Shown: piece by piece, positions 1 through 9,661 of the stretch | Position numbering within the stretch: position 1 is the first letter of the stretch | Layout: each line of letters opens with the position of its first letter | Assembly: GCA_038850615.1 (NCBI GenBank) | Contig: JAWCLR010000002.1 | Coordinates: 1,798 to 65,797 of the forward strand | Origin: Candidatus Woesearchaeota archaeon | GTDB taxonomy: Archaea; Nanobdellota; Nanobdellia; Woesearchaeales; ARS49 | Length of the DNA: 64,000 bases | Direction: 5' to 3' | Made by a program: the position numbers and the translations under genes | The notes under the pieces: model-generated | The model's database searches: none | What the model saw: only the letters and a program-made list of their open reading frames with translations | Told to the model about the DNA's origin: nothing

Positions 1-86
1 GGGGAATCTGTGCCTGTTGAGGTTGTGCAGGCAAATTCAAGCTCTGTTGATGAGCTTCCTGACTTTTTTGCGCAACGGCTTAAGGA

Positions 87-899
87 CTAGCGCATTCTCT
101 TGTAATATTCATTTCGTGCCCTTTCAAGGGCTTCTTTTACCTCTTTCAGCGAGATGTGGCTGTTCCTGTCAGTGTCTGCCTCAAGGTATTTTTCAAGGAC
201 TTTTCTGTCATCAAGCTCGCTTCCTTTTGCTTCGCAGAAGAAAAGGTATTCTTTCAGCGTGCTTGCTGTTTCGCTGTCATAATTGAAGTCAAGCACTCCA
301 TTCTGGGTTATGAATTTTGCGCCTCCTTCATACTCAAGGCGCGTGACTGCTGCTTTGTGGAAGTCGCATGACACAAGTCCTGCAATGCCTCCAAGGCTAA
401 GCGTTGTGGTGATTATTGATGCTGCAATGCGCAGGAATGGCTTTAACGCAGGCCTGAAATGTATAATCCTGCCGTCACGCATCTTTATTTCAGGCTCGTA
501 TATTGAGTATTTTTTATGGTGTATGTCAAATGCGCCGTAAGCCGGGTCTGCAAGCTTCCTTCCTATGGGCAGGTCAACAACAGCGCAGGCGTGCTTAACC
601 GTATTGCCTTTGTGGTCAACTGTTACGGTTGCGTAATGCGCCTTCAGTCCCATGCGCCTTGCCATTGCAACATACAGCACAGCCATGTCGCTGCAGACTC
701 CTGCGCCCCTCTCAAGTGTGACTTCGTGGTGGTACGGGATTCCGTCGTCCCTGCCTTCATCAATTGCATCTGCGCGCTTCCTGTCGTATGTTATGCTTTC
801 TCCACTCCAGTCGCAGATCGCCTCTGCCTTTTCCTTTAGTGTGGCTCCTGGGATCTGCCTTGCTATGTCCTTTACTACCTGTTCAAGCAGTTTTGCCAT
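87..899 (-). CDS. transglutaminase-like (papain-fold) cysteine peptidase domain protein with central TM helix
   Basis: ORF 87..968. The core GAGVCSDMAVLYVAMARRMGLKAHY...KHACAVVDL...LADPAYG gives the Cys/His/Asp order typical of transglutaminase-like domains. Hydrophobic segment FLRIAASIITTTLSLGGIAGLV. I moved the start to ATG 899 (MAKLLEQ) because GGAGG lies about 15 nt upstream and a TATA-like CTTTAATT sits too close to the ATG at 968. Confidence 0.65.
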   Translation of the reverse strand: MAKLLEQVVKDIARQIPGATLKEKAEAICDWSGESITYDRKRADAIDEGRDDGIPYHHEVTLERGAGVCSDMAVLYVAMARRMGLKAHYATVTVDHKGNTVKHACAVVDLPIGRKLADPAYGAFDIHHKKYSIYEPEIKMRDGRIIHFRPALKPFLRIAASIITTTLSLGGIAGLVSCDFHKAAVTRLEYEGGAKFITQNGVLDFNYDSETASTLKEYLFFCEAKGSELDDRKVLEKYLEADTDRNSHISLKEVKEALERARNEYYKRMR

Positions 900-988
900 T
901 TGTTTGGTCCCCCAAGCCTCCCGGGCGACAGGGGGGCTTCCTCTTGTTTCCAAGGGATGACTATTCATAAGCGGTTCAAATTAAAGAG

Positions 989-1066
989 TTTTTTTGCGAA
1001 AAAACCTGTTTTTTTCCGACTGTGCTGCAAGAGTTTCCGGTTTGGGTTGAAGATTTTTCGAAAAAA
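989..1066 (-). terminator. pair of A/T hairpin palindromes (T-runs on both strands) after the giant operon
   Basis: T7-GCG-A6 at 989-1004 and TTTTTCGAAAAA at 1054-1065, in the 123-nt gap downstream of the stop at 1092. Oligo-T tracts are the usual archaeal termination signal. Confidence 0.35.
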
Positions 1067-1091
1067 GTTTTTGAAGCGAAAATTTTCCGAT

Positions 1092-1703
1092 TCAGCCGTA
1101 TCCCCATCGAAGGTATGCAATAGGGCTTATTGCCAGGATGCCGTATTCTGGACTGGCAAGAACGTAAAGGGCTGCAAAGTCAGTTCCTACTGCTCGTGCT
1201 GCAATGTACCTGTCCGGCGTGTATCCGCGTGCAAAGCTCACAATACCGCCCTTGTACGCAAGCTCCACTTGTTCGCACGCGAGTGGCGCCCCTTGTATCT
1301 TGTACGCATAACTGCACAGGTATGCCTGCAGGTATGGCGTTGGGTCTAATGCGTAGTATCCTGCTCTTCCTGAATACGTGTGTATGTCGTTCCTGTAAAG
1401 GGTCAGGTAGTTGTAATGAGTAATTTCAGGTATTGGTATTCTGTTCACGCTGAACTCAACAAATTGGGGCGTCAATAATTCCTTGGGAGGCTGGGGCGTG
1501 AGTGTTGTGTTTGCTTTTGAGAAAAGGCTTGGAGGCAGCGGCGGGTAATTCCTTGGAGCCATCTTCAGCACGTCACTGCCCACGTCAAAATATTCGTAGT
1601 TGCTAACATGCCTGCCTGTCATTGAATTATAGCCTGTCAGTATCATGAATATTAGCGCTGCAATGCTCACAATTCCGAGCAGTATTATTTCCCACTTGTC
1701 CAT
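1092..1703 (-). CDS. membrane-anchored hypothetical protein (last gene of giant operon)
   Basis: ORF 1092..1757 begins at a TTG. ATG 1703 (MDKWEIILLGIVSIAALIFMILTG, an N-terminal TM helix) lies 13 nt after the stop of the 1997-aa gene, with GGTG just upstream. Confidence 0.6.
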   Translation of the reverse strand: MDKWEIILLGIVSIAALIFMILTGYNSMTGRHVSNYEYFDVGSDVLKMAPRNYPPLPPSLFSKANTTLTPQPPKELLTPQFVEFSVNRIPIPEITHYNYLTLYRNDIHTYSGRAGYYALDPTPYLQAYLCSYAYKIQGAPLACEQVELAYKGGIVSFARGYTPDRYIAARAVGTDFAALYVLASPEYGILAISPIAYLRWGYG

Positions 1704-1716
1704 TTTGCACCGCCCT

Positions 1717-4700
1717 TTAGGATACGAATTCCCATTTGTATCCTGAATAAGCCTCAATCAGTTCTTTTGATGAATATGATTTTTGTGATTCTGTCGCGAC
1801 TGGGCTGAATGTTTGTGATGTGCCTGATAAGAATGCAGTGTATCTCCATATGTCTGCCTGCTTTACAATCTTGTCCTTTATGTTTGTGCTGGGTTGTGTC
1901 ATTATGATTGTTGTTCCTTCTGGCATTAGTTCAAGTTCTTCCACTGTTGGCACTCCTGCAGGCGTCACAACAGTCTGTGCCGCTGGCGCAGGCGCTGCGA
2001 GCTTTGTCAGGGCTCTTGTCTTTGCGTTAATAAGCAGGGTGAGATCGCCGCTCCTGATTATTTGCAGGTCTTCCTGAATGCGGGTAGTGTTTATTTTTTC
2101 CGCGTTAAGGTCTGTTATTGTGTTTTGCGTGTCGTTTATTAGCTCTCCAAACAGCTTTTCGCGCTCTGGCATTATGTCTGTCCTTCCTGTTGATTTTATT
2201 AGGCTTTCAAGCTGTGTTTTGAACGTGTTTTCGTCTGCAAGCAGTTGTGCAAGCTGTGTCTTTAGTGCTGAGACAGAGCTGGCAAGGTTTTCTGGTGTCC
2301 AGGTTTCTGGCTTGATTGCTGCAAGCTTTGTCTTCCACGCGTTTTCGTCCGCAATTGCCTTTTCAAGCAATTGCCTGAGTTGTACTGCCTCGACAAGCGC
2401 CTGCGGGACTGCTGGCGGAGCCATTGCCTTGAGCTGGTCTTTTGTTGCGCATTGGACATTGAATGTCACTGTTTTTTGCTGCAGTGTTCCTTCGTCTGGG
2501 TCTGTGCTTACCTGTTCTGTGGGGTTGCCCTGCCTGTCAGCGTCATAAATCGTGAACACTGCTGTCCACGTGATGGGCACTTGCGGGTTGCAGCCTGCAA
2601 TTCCTCTTGTTGCTTCAGCCACTGGCGAGTATCCGACGAGAATTTCCAGCTGTTTTACGTTCGCCAACCGCGGAATATGGTCAAACTCGATATTGAGCAC
2701 ATAGCTCTTGCCGCCGACCTTTGCTGCAGGCAAATCAATCCTGACCTGATTTATCGGCTTGTCAACAGCCTGCTTGAAGGCGGTTGTCAGGGCACCTGAA
2801 CGGTACTGTTGCCAGCCGTTAGCGGCGTTCTTTGGCGGCATCTGGTCGATTCTCGGCGGGTTAATGCGGTGTATCGTGAATGTTTCCTCCCCCTGCGGGT
2901 CAGTGCCGTATGTCGGGAAGTATATTGAGAACCACATTTTTTCTGCTGCCGCCTTGCCCTGCGTGTCATCAACCCTTATGTTGCGCACGTATTTCCTTAT
3001 TTGCGTCACCCCCCAGATGTCTTGCGGTATCTGGACTGCTCCGGGTCCTGTTGCCGAATGCCTTGCTATTGTGTCCTGGTCAAGCACAAAGCTGGCAAGG
3101 GGTGTTATGTCGTTTTGTGCCTGTGGCACAATAAGCCGGTATGCGCCGTTTGTGCTCAGCGTGTACGGCAGTGTTGTGACGTCATCAATGCTTGTCTTGA
3201 GGGGCTTCCGTATCTGGTCAGGCATTGTTGCATCCACAACGTTGCCGGCAGCATCCTTTATTGCGTAGGTGAGGAATTTTTTTGCCTGGTTCTGGTATTT
3301 TCTTTCTTCAGGGTATTTCTGCTTTATGTCGAGTGCGAAGCTCAGCTTGTCGCCGAGCGCGAACACGCTCTGGCCTTCGGGGAGCAAGGGTGTTATTGTG
3401 CCTATGCTTATCCCGCTTTCCTGCTCGCCGAAGAGACACCTGAACTTTCCGCTGAACAGGTCAAGACCGCAGAATGCCGGGGCGTTGCCTCCTTCTGTTT
3501 CGCGGATTGTGCATTCTGTCTTGTCAACGCGCACGGTCCTTGTCTGTGGGTCCGTCCATTCCCATTCAAGGATTGCAGTGTCATATCTTACGTCGCTGTC
3601 TGGCTGGCTTTGGGCGCTTATTGCGAACGGCGCGTCAAAGTTGACAACCTCGAACTTCCTGGCAAGCCCGCGCCCAAGTTCTGGCGGCATGACTGTGATT
3701 ATTCTTTCCTGTGTTGCGCAGTCGCATTTGCCGTCAGGGTAGTCGGTCGGGTCGCAGTTGTAGCCTGAACTGCACTTGAGCTTGAGCCTGTAGCGCACGT
3801 CTGCGCCTGCAATCAGCCCTCCAGCAATGCGGTATGCCCATGTTGTGAGCCCGCTTGGTGATGTCGTTGGGTCGTATGAGACGAATGTGCGCCTGCAGGT
3901 TGTGAGCGCGCCCATTGTGTCAACAGGTATTTCCATCACTTGCTGCTGGAAGAGGCCTTGTATGTTTAAGTCCCACGTGCCTGTGAATGCCCACGTGCAT
4001 ATTGCGTGGACAAGCTTGCGCTCGCTGAACAATGACTTGTAAATTGGTGTTTCGCCGTATCTTTCCGTGACTCTCCTGCTTACTTCGCTTCCCGCCCCTG
4101 TTATTGCTCCAAGTACGTCTCCAACTTCCCCGAGCCCGCCCACGCGCATTCCTGCCCCTGCCGCGTTGAATTTTTCAGTGAAGCACGAGATTGCCTCAAA
4201 GAACAGGTCGCAAATGACTTGCGACAATGCTGCCGAGCAGAATCCTGTGCTTCCTTCGCCTGTCAGGAGTATCTTGCTGAAACAGCCGTGGAAAGCTCCA
4301 AGCACGTTGCGCCACATTTGTAAGTAACTGATTACTGCGGGCAGGCAGATGCATTGTATGCTTCTCAAAAGCCCGGAGTATGGCCTTACTATGTATTGGT
4401 CTTCTGGTGTTCCGACAATGTCATTAACCGCATCATATGCCTTCTTTATGTTTCCCATTTCGCAGGGGTGTATGCTGTACTGGCTTGGATATTCCCTGCA
4501 GAGCGCCTTGTATAGGCAGTCAATTTGTTCTTTTTCTGTTTGTGTTTCAGGCTGTTTTGAGCCTTCTGCGCGCACAGTAGGCTTTAGCCCGAAGCAGTCT
4601 GACACGTCTTTCTCCAGGGCTGCTGTCATTACTGAATTAATTCTGTATTGTTGCGTTTTTGAGAATCCTATTTCTTTTTCAGACATTTTTTCAAACTGCT

Positions 4701-7700
4701 GTGTTTTTGACACGTAGCCAGCAAAGACCCTGTATTGTGTTGCAGTGCCTCCGCCGCCGAGGAATGGGATTGATGGGGTCAAGAGGGATGCCCTTCCTGC
4801 CACGAATCCTGCCGGTATTGCGAACAGGTATACTGCGTTGTCATCAGCCCCTGGCCTTGCAGGCAGTGGTCCTTGCCATATTGCCTCAACGCGGACTGGC
4901 TGCCCGCTTGGCTGTCCTGTTCCTGACTCGCAGAATCCTGCCACGGCATTCCAGAGCCTGTTGCAGTCAAGGTCTTTCAAGTCGGCATTTGCCTGCTGTG
5001 CTGCAAGGCACGTGCTTTCCTTCAGTTCATCAAAGGTATCAAGGCTTTCGCCGACTGTTGTGCCGATTCCGCAGGCAGAGCTCCATTCGCGCTGGTACTG
5101 GACTCCGCAGCAGTTCGGGTGAGCTGGGCGGAGTATTTTCTGGCAGTCCTCAAGTTTTGGTCCAGGCAGTGTTTTTTTGCCTTTTGTGAACTCGTAAAGG
5201 TCAAGTATTCCTATCTTTCCCGGACTCTGGCTGCTCACGCGTCTTGTGTATTCCTCGTATGTCTCGCCGGCTGCGGGTTCAAGCCCAATGTCTTCGCGCA
5301 TTGCAGCCCCAGCAACGCTTTTGTACGTCGTGCTGATATAGTCCATTGTTGGCTTTTTGGGGTCTGTTATTTTGTAAGTGAATGCGCAGTCATTTCCTGC
5401 GTACAGCGTGCCTCCCATCCCTCCTGCGCTTCCGCCAACAGCCCATTCTGGCGCAAGCGCTGGGTTAATGTCAAGGGGTTCTGCATCGCCCATCTTGTCT
5501 TTGATGTATGTCTGGAATGTTGGCGCGCTTGGGCACGTGACCCTGTCGCAGATGCCGTGCATTATTTCTGTTTCAAACTTTCTGCTGGACTCTATTGCCT
5601 TTTCACATTTTTTACAAGCCTGTTGTTGCGCTATTCCTGCTTCCTGTCCCTCCTTTCCGTATTTTGCGTCGCAAAGCCCTGCTTCTGCTATCGGCTTGCT
5701 GAACTTGTTTACAACGCTGCTGATTTCGCATTCAAGCTTTTCCTGCACCCACTTGACGTACAGCCAGACTGTGCTTGCGAGGCAGCCGTAAAGCGCGTAC
5801 TCGCCTATTGTTGTGAGTGGCTTAAGGATTTTGTCAATGCGGTCTATTGCTGTTTCTGTGGCTTCGACTGCCTTTTTCATCAACCCTTTTGGTATTATGT
5901 CTGAGGGTATTGTTTGGTCTATTGCGACCTCGACGGGTATGCATATGCGTTGCACGCGGGGCTCGATTCTTGGCGTGACGACAGGCATTCGCGGGTCAGC
6001 CGGCTTGAGCTCAATTATTTCCTGGAACTGGATTTCCATTTGCAGGAAGAGCTTGATGCAGCCTGTGCCCGGCACAAGGCATTCCCCCCTTCGGTGTCCT
6101 GAAAGCGCCCTTTCTTTCTCGTTCGGTCCTGCTTCTGGCTTTTCAGGCAGGGGGTCGACATTTTCAAACTGCACCTGCACGTATCCTATCAGGTCTTTTG
6201 GTCCTTTAGCGCGGGTGTATTCCTGCACCTGCACCCAGTTGTGGTCGTATTCGTCTTCTGCCTGTTTGGCAAGCGGTATCGGGCGCACGTCCACTTTGAT
6301 GAGTTTTGCGTTGTGGCTTCCCACATAGGTTATGTTGAATGGAATTCCTATTTGTTGTACGCCGTCAAGCATCATTCTTGGGAGGAGGATGCTTGGCATT
6401 GCCTCGCCTATTCTTGCCTGCCACCACGTGCCTGTTCCGCAGAGCAGGAAGTCAACGTCAACAGGGCCGTGGCTGGCCTTGTTTCCTGCAAGGTCAACTG
6501 CCTCGAGGCGTATCTTGTTCGCCCAACCCTCTCCTGCCTCGACTGTTGTTTTTGTCGCGCCTTTCTTTATGCGCACGTCTGTCCTGAGCGTTGTCTTGAT
6601 TTCAAACGAGCCGTCAGGGAGCGTGACCTCGTACGCGCTTGGCTTTTTCTCGTCATTGATGTAAACGAATACTGTGGCCTGCTCGTCAAGCCTGCCTTTT
6701 ATTTTTATGTCAGGCGAGTAGGACGGGCTTAATTCCTCAAGGTTTGTTTCGAGGAATTTTGGTCCTGTGTTGTCCATCACGACTGTTTTTTCTATGACTT
6801 CCCTGTTTCCTGCAGGGTCTTCAAAGATTATCTCAATGTCGTTTTGCCCTGCTGTGAGCGGGATTGTGAGGGAGAAGGGGCTTCCTGCTGTCATTATCTG
6901 GTATTTTGGCTCGCAGCTGAGATTGATTTCCGGCAGTGCAGGAAGAGGTGCTGTTGAGCCGCCTGTTTTTGTTGCGAGCGTAATCTCTGCAGAAGGACCG
7001 ATATTGCAGCTTGCGTCAACAGCAGAAATGCTGTAAGAATACTGCTTTCCTGTCAGCAATGCCTCGTCCTTGTAGCTTGGGAGGGTTGTTGTTGCTATGC
7101 GCTTTCCATTGCGTATAACAAGGTATTCTTTTACGTCTGCATCAGCGCTCGGGTCCCATGCGAGCTCGACAGCGTTTGCCTCAATCTTGGTTGCCCTGAG
7201 CCCGCCTATGATTTTTGGTGGCGTTCTATCCTGGCGGTTGATGACGCGCCACTTTATGGTCACTTTTTCATTGACATCGCCTGAGACAGTGATGCTGTTC
7301 TGGGTTGTTGCGGCGGGGATTTCCTTGTCCAGTTTTACGATTGGCGGGTTGGGGTCAAAGGTTGTTGTGAATTCCTTTTTCGCAACTGTTTCTCCTTCGT
7401 GCGCCTCAAGCCTAATTGTGTTGCTTCCTTCCTTTAGCACTATTCCTGTGAACTTGAACCACCCGTCTGGGGATGCTGTGCCAACCCTTTGGCGCGCCTC
7501 GTTGACAAAAACGTGCACTGCTGCAGACGGCTTTGTGTTGCCTTCGATTGTTATTGTGCCCGTGCTTGATTGTTGGGGGATGCTTGCCTCTATTGTGAAA
7601 GTTCCGGGTGCTGTTGCAGTGGTGTTTTCAGCTGCTGCAAATGGCAGTGCTGCAATTAGCACAACCATCAACAACGCCGTTGCCTTATTCAAATTCCGGC

Positions 7701-7710
7701 TGTAATGCAT
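1717..7710 (-). CDS. giant secreted Cys-rich surface protein (1997 aa), unknown family
   Basis: Uninterrupted 6-kb ORF. Sec-type signal peptide MHYSRNLNKATALLMVVLIAALPFAAAEN. Ig-like stretches and an Fn3-like segment (aa ~164-248, LRATKIEANAVELAWDPSADADVKEYLVIRNG...YSYSISAVD). Cys-rich central core. C-terminal coiled-coil-like region (aa ~1772-1905). Confidence 0.9.
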   Translation of the reverse strand: MHYSRNLNKATALLMVVLIAALPFAAAENTTATAPGTFTIEASIPQQSSTGTITIEGNTKPSAAVHVFVNEARQRVGTASPDGWFKFTGIVLKEGSNTIRLEAHEGETVAKKEFTTTFDPNPPIVKLDKEIPAATTQNSITVSGDVNEKVTIKWRVINRQDRTPPKIIGGLRATKIEANAVELAWDPSADADVKEYLVIRNGKRIATTTLPSYKDEALLTGKQYSYSISAVDASCNIGPSAEITLATKTGGSTAPLPALPEINLSCEPKYQIMTAGSPFSLTIPLTAGQNDIEIIFEDPAGNREVIEKTVVMDNTGPKFLETNLEELSPSYSPDIKIKGRLDEQATVFVYINDEKKPSAYEVTLPDGSFEIKTTLRTDVRIKKGATKTTVEAGEGWANKIRLEAVDLAGNKASHGPVDVDFLLCGTGTWWQARIGEAMPSILLPRMMLDGVQQIGIPFNITYVGSHNAKLIKVDVRPIPLAKQAEDEYDHNWVQVQEYTRAKGPKDLIGYVQVQFENVDPLPEKPEAGPNEKERALSGHRRGECLVPGTGCIKLFLQMEIQFQEIIELKPADPRMPVVTPRIEPRVQRICIPVEVAIDQTIPSDIIPKGLMKKAVEATETAIDRIDKILKPLTTIGEYALYGCLASTVWLYVKWVQEKLECEISSVVNKFSKPIAEAGLCDAKYGKEGQEAGIAQQQACKKCEKAIESSRKFETEIMHGICDRVTCPSAPTFQTYIKDKMGDAEPLDINPALAPEWAVGGSAGGMGGTLYAGNDCAFTYKITDPKKPTMDYISTTYKSVAGAAMREDIGLEPAAGETYEEYTRRVSSQSPGKIGILDLYEFTKGKKTLPGPKLEDCQKILRPAHPNCCGVQYQREWSSACGIGTTVGESLDTFDELKESTCLAAQQANADLKDLDCNRLWNAVAGFCESGTGQPSGQPVRVEAIWQGPLPARPGADDNAVYLFAIPAGFVAGRASLLTPSIPFLGGGGTATQYRVFAGYVSKTQQFEKMSEKEIGFSKTQQYRINSVMTAALEKDVSDCFGLKPTVRAEGSKQPETQTEKEQIDCLYKALCREYPSQYSIHPCEMGNIKKAYDAVNDIVGTPEDQYIVRPYSGLLRSIQCICLPAVISYLQMWRNVLGAFHGCFSKILLTGEGSTGFCSAALSQVICDLFFEAISCFTEKFNAAGAGMRVGGLGEVGDVLGAITGAGSEVSRRVTERYGETPIYKSLFSERKLVHAICTWAFTGTWDLNIQGLFQQQVMEIPVDTMGALTTCRRTFVSYDPTTSPSGLTTWAYRIAGGLIAGADVRYRLKLKCSSGYNCDPTDYPDGKCDCATQERIITVMPPELGRGLARKFEVVNFDAPFAISAQSQPDSDVRYDTAILEWEWTDPQTRTVRVDKTECTIRETEGGNAPAFCGLDLFSGKFRCLFGEQESGISIGTITPLLPEGQSVFALGDKLSFALDIKQKYPEERKYQNQAKKFLTYAIKDAAGNVVDATMPDQIRKPLKTSIDDVTTLPYTLSTNGAYRLIVPQAQNDITPLASFVLDQDTIARHSATGPGAVQIPQDIWGVTQIRKYVRNIRVDDTQGKAAAEKMWFSIYFPTYGTDPQGEETFTIHRINPPRIDQMPPKNAANGWQQYRSGALTTAFKQAVDKPINQVRIDLPAAKVGGKSYVLNIEFDHIPRLANVKQLEILVGYSPVAEATRGIAGCNPQVPITWTAVFTIYDADRQGNPTEQVSTDPDEGTLQQKTVTFNVQCATKDQLKAMAPPAVPQALVEAVQLRQLLEKAIADENAWKTKLAAIKPETWTPENLASSVSALKTQLAQLLADENTFKTQLESLIKSTGRTDIMPEREKLFGELINDTQNTITDLNAEKINTTRIQEDLQIIRSGDLTLLINAKTRALTKLAAPAPAAQTVVTPAGVPTVEELELMPEGTTIIMTQPSTNIKDKIVKQADIWRYTAFLSGTSQTFSPVATESQKSYSSKELIEAYSGYKWEFVS

Positions 7711-9661
7711 CGCGGTATTCCCCCTCCATTATGTATGACATCATTTTGAGCTTTTGGTCGTCAGTGACGGGCGTGGGCAGGTATTGCACAAGGTGTATTA
7801 TTGCTGTTTCCTTGCCTGCGATTGAATCGTAAGGTATTCTGAGCGCCTGCGCGTTGTACCCACCCATTTGGCTGTTGCGCAGGAACAGCAGTGCGTCAAT
7901 GTCATAGTGCGCGTCGTCAAGCACGAGCTCCAGCGTTTCGTTGGTTGTTGGGAAACCGATGAATTGGTCAAAGGTCCTGTTTACCAGGCTCACGTGCAGA
8001 GAGACGCGCTCGTTTTCTTTCAGCGCCCTTGGTGCTCCCCATGTCTTTGTCTCGCCGTGGTATGGGTGCACGACAAACTTGAGTTTCATTGGCTGGAGTT
8101 TCTTGAGCTCAATGTCAAGCCTGTCATTCCTCATTTGCGCGGTTGTCGTGAGGTAGCCTTCCTTTTCTGCTGTTATGAATGGGTTTGTACATCCGCGCGG
8201 CAAATATGTTAGCAATCTGTAAATGCCTCCTTCTGCTGTTGTTGTGCCGAGTTCGCATTCTTGGTCAAAGCACTTGTATGTGAGCCTTACGTCTGGCAGT
8301 TCCATGAGCACGGGCGCACCCGGCATTGTGGCGCCTATTGCACGGATTTCAGCAAGCCTGTCGCCGAGTGTTGTGCAGAATTCCGGCGCTCCGAAGTCTG
8401 CTGCCTGGAACCTTCTGAGCCCGAAGGCAATGCGCTCTGGCGCGTTCTGGTTTATTAGGACAGGGAATGCAAACTGGAATATGAATCCCTGGCCGTTGAA
8501 TGCTGTGTCGTCGCGTATTGATGCCTTCACGTAATATATTATGTCGTACGCAAAGTGCCATTGGTTTAGGCATAGGAATCTCAGGTATTTGCTTGCGCCC
8601 TTTGCTGCGTTTGACTTGAGTACTGGTCCTTCGCTTGGCTGGGCATTGAGCTGCATTCCCCACGCAGGTTGGTACTCAAATCCTATTTTGAGGTCTGTCG
8701 GTCTTGCGCCCACGTCATAGAATTGATGGAAGTATGCAAATGCGTCATCAGGCGCCTGCGTTTTTGGCTCCTTCATTTCCCTCCCCTGCTCAAGCTCCTT
8801 TGTCATACGCGCATAATCCTTCCTGAGGGTTTCATAAGTGCTCTTGCTTGCAGTGAATGGGAAAAAGTCAGTGTTTTTGATGCGCGTGAGCGGTATGTTG
8901 TAATACAATATTTTTTGCAGCCTGTCTTGGATGTCTTCAATCCTCCATTTTTTTACTCCGCATTCCAATGCAAAGCCGTCAAGGGGGATGTTTTCGCTGT
9001 CAGCAGCCATAAGGTCTATTGTGAGGTTTTCAAACATTGCCAGTTCGTTTTCTTTTGCCATTGTTGCGTTCGCGAGCTCCCATATCTGCTTGAGCCGCAC
9101 AGGGGTCCTTGTGATAAAGTCAGGAATTTTTATTGTTCTTTCGCCTGACGCAAGGGATATGGGCCAGGAAACCCGCATTATTACTTCATTGTCGCCGATT
9201 ATTGTCATTGTGCTTATGTTGCCTTCTTCTGTTATCCTGAACCGGTCCTTGAACGCCTCGAATTCGCCGGTGCACTCTTTCAGGCGCTTGTTGACGTGCC
9301 TTGAAATTTCGCGTTCCATAAAGCTGAGGCTCGGGGTGCGGTCTTCCCCTTCATAATACCACAATGGGACCTTGAACTGGTTGAAGGTGTCTATCGGGAT
9401 GTATGCTGTTGGTGTTCTTTCAATTATTCCGGGCAACTCTATGAATCCGCCTTGCAGACCAAGAATTCCTATTCCCTCGCGTGCAACCTCATCCACGCAG
9501 CCCTCTATGAAGTCATAGAATGGCCGAACGTCTTCCGGCACCATGATTTCTTCCTCGACGGGCTTTACTGCCTTTTCTGTCACGAGGTATATGACTATTG
9601 ATGCGCTTACCAGCAGGATTAGCCCGATGATTATGAATAGCGTTATCTGCCCTTTTTTCAT
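7685..9661 (-). CDS. class-III-signal-peptide-like N-terminus protein (658 aa), paralog of 15760..17934
   Basis: N-terminus MKKGQITLFIIIGLILLVSASIVIYLV (KKG followed by a hydrophobic helix). Collinear similarity to the 724-aa ORF. CarboxypepD_reg-like beta-sandwich stretch. The start overlaps the upstream stop as TAATG (9659-9663). Confidence 0.9.
   Translation of the reverse strand: MKKGQITLFIIIGLILLVSASIVIYLVTEKAVKPVEEEIMVPEDVRPFYDFIEGCVDEVAREGIGILGLQGGFIELPGIIERTPTAYIPIDTFNQFKVPLWYYEGEDRTPSLSFMEREISRHVNKRLKECTGEFEAFKDRFRITEEGNISTMTIIGDNEVIMRVSWPISLASGERTIKIPDFITRTPVRLKQIWELANATMAKENELAMFENLTIDLMAADSENIPLDGFALECGVKKWRIEDIQDRLQKILYYNIPLTRIKNTDFFPFTASKSTYETLRKDYARMTKELEQGREMKEPKTQAPDDAFAYFHQFYDVGARPTDLKIGFEYQPAWGMQLNAQPSEGPVLKSNAAKGASKYLRFLCLNQWHFAYDIIYYVKASIRDDTAFNGQGFIFQFAFPVLINQNAPERIAFGLRRFQAADFGAPEFCTTLGDRLAEIRAIGATMPGAPVLMELPDVRLTYKCFDQECELGTTTAEGGIYRLLTYLPRGCTNPFITAEKEGYLTTTAQMRNDRLDIELKKLQPMKLKFVVHPYHGETKTWGAPRALKENERVSLHVSLVNRTFDQFIGFPTTNETLELVLDDAHYDIDALLFLRNSQMGGYNAQALRIPYDSIAGKETAIIHLVQYLPTPVTDDQKLKMMSYIMEGEYRDALQPEFE

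Noticed and set aside
1-86. Possible gene fragment at the left edge.
   Set aside because: It is too short, no frame with a recognisable start or motif is visible, and ORF 17..286 is antisense to the transglutaminase-like gene.
1820-7705. Numerous 60-260 aa plus-strand ORFs inside the 1997-aa gene, for example 3001..3768, 5119..5904 and 7097..7705.
   Set aside because: These are shadow ORFs antisense to an uninterrupted 6-kb frame. Their translations are Cys/Ser/Leu/Phe-rich with no motifs.
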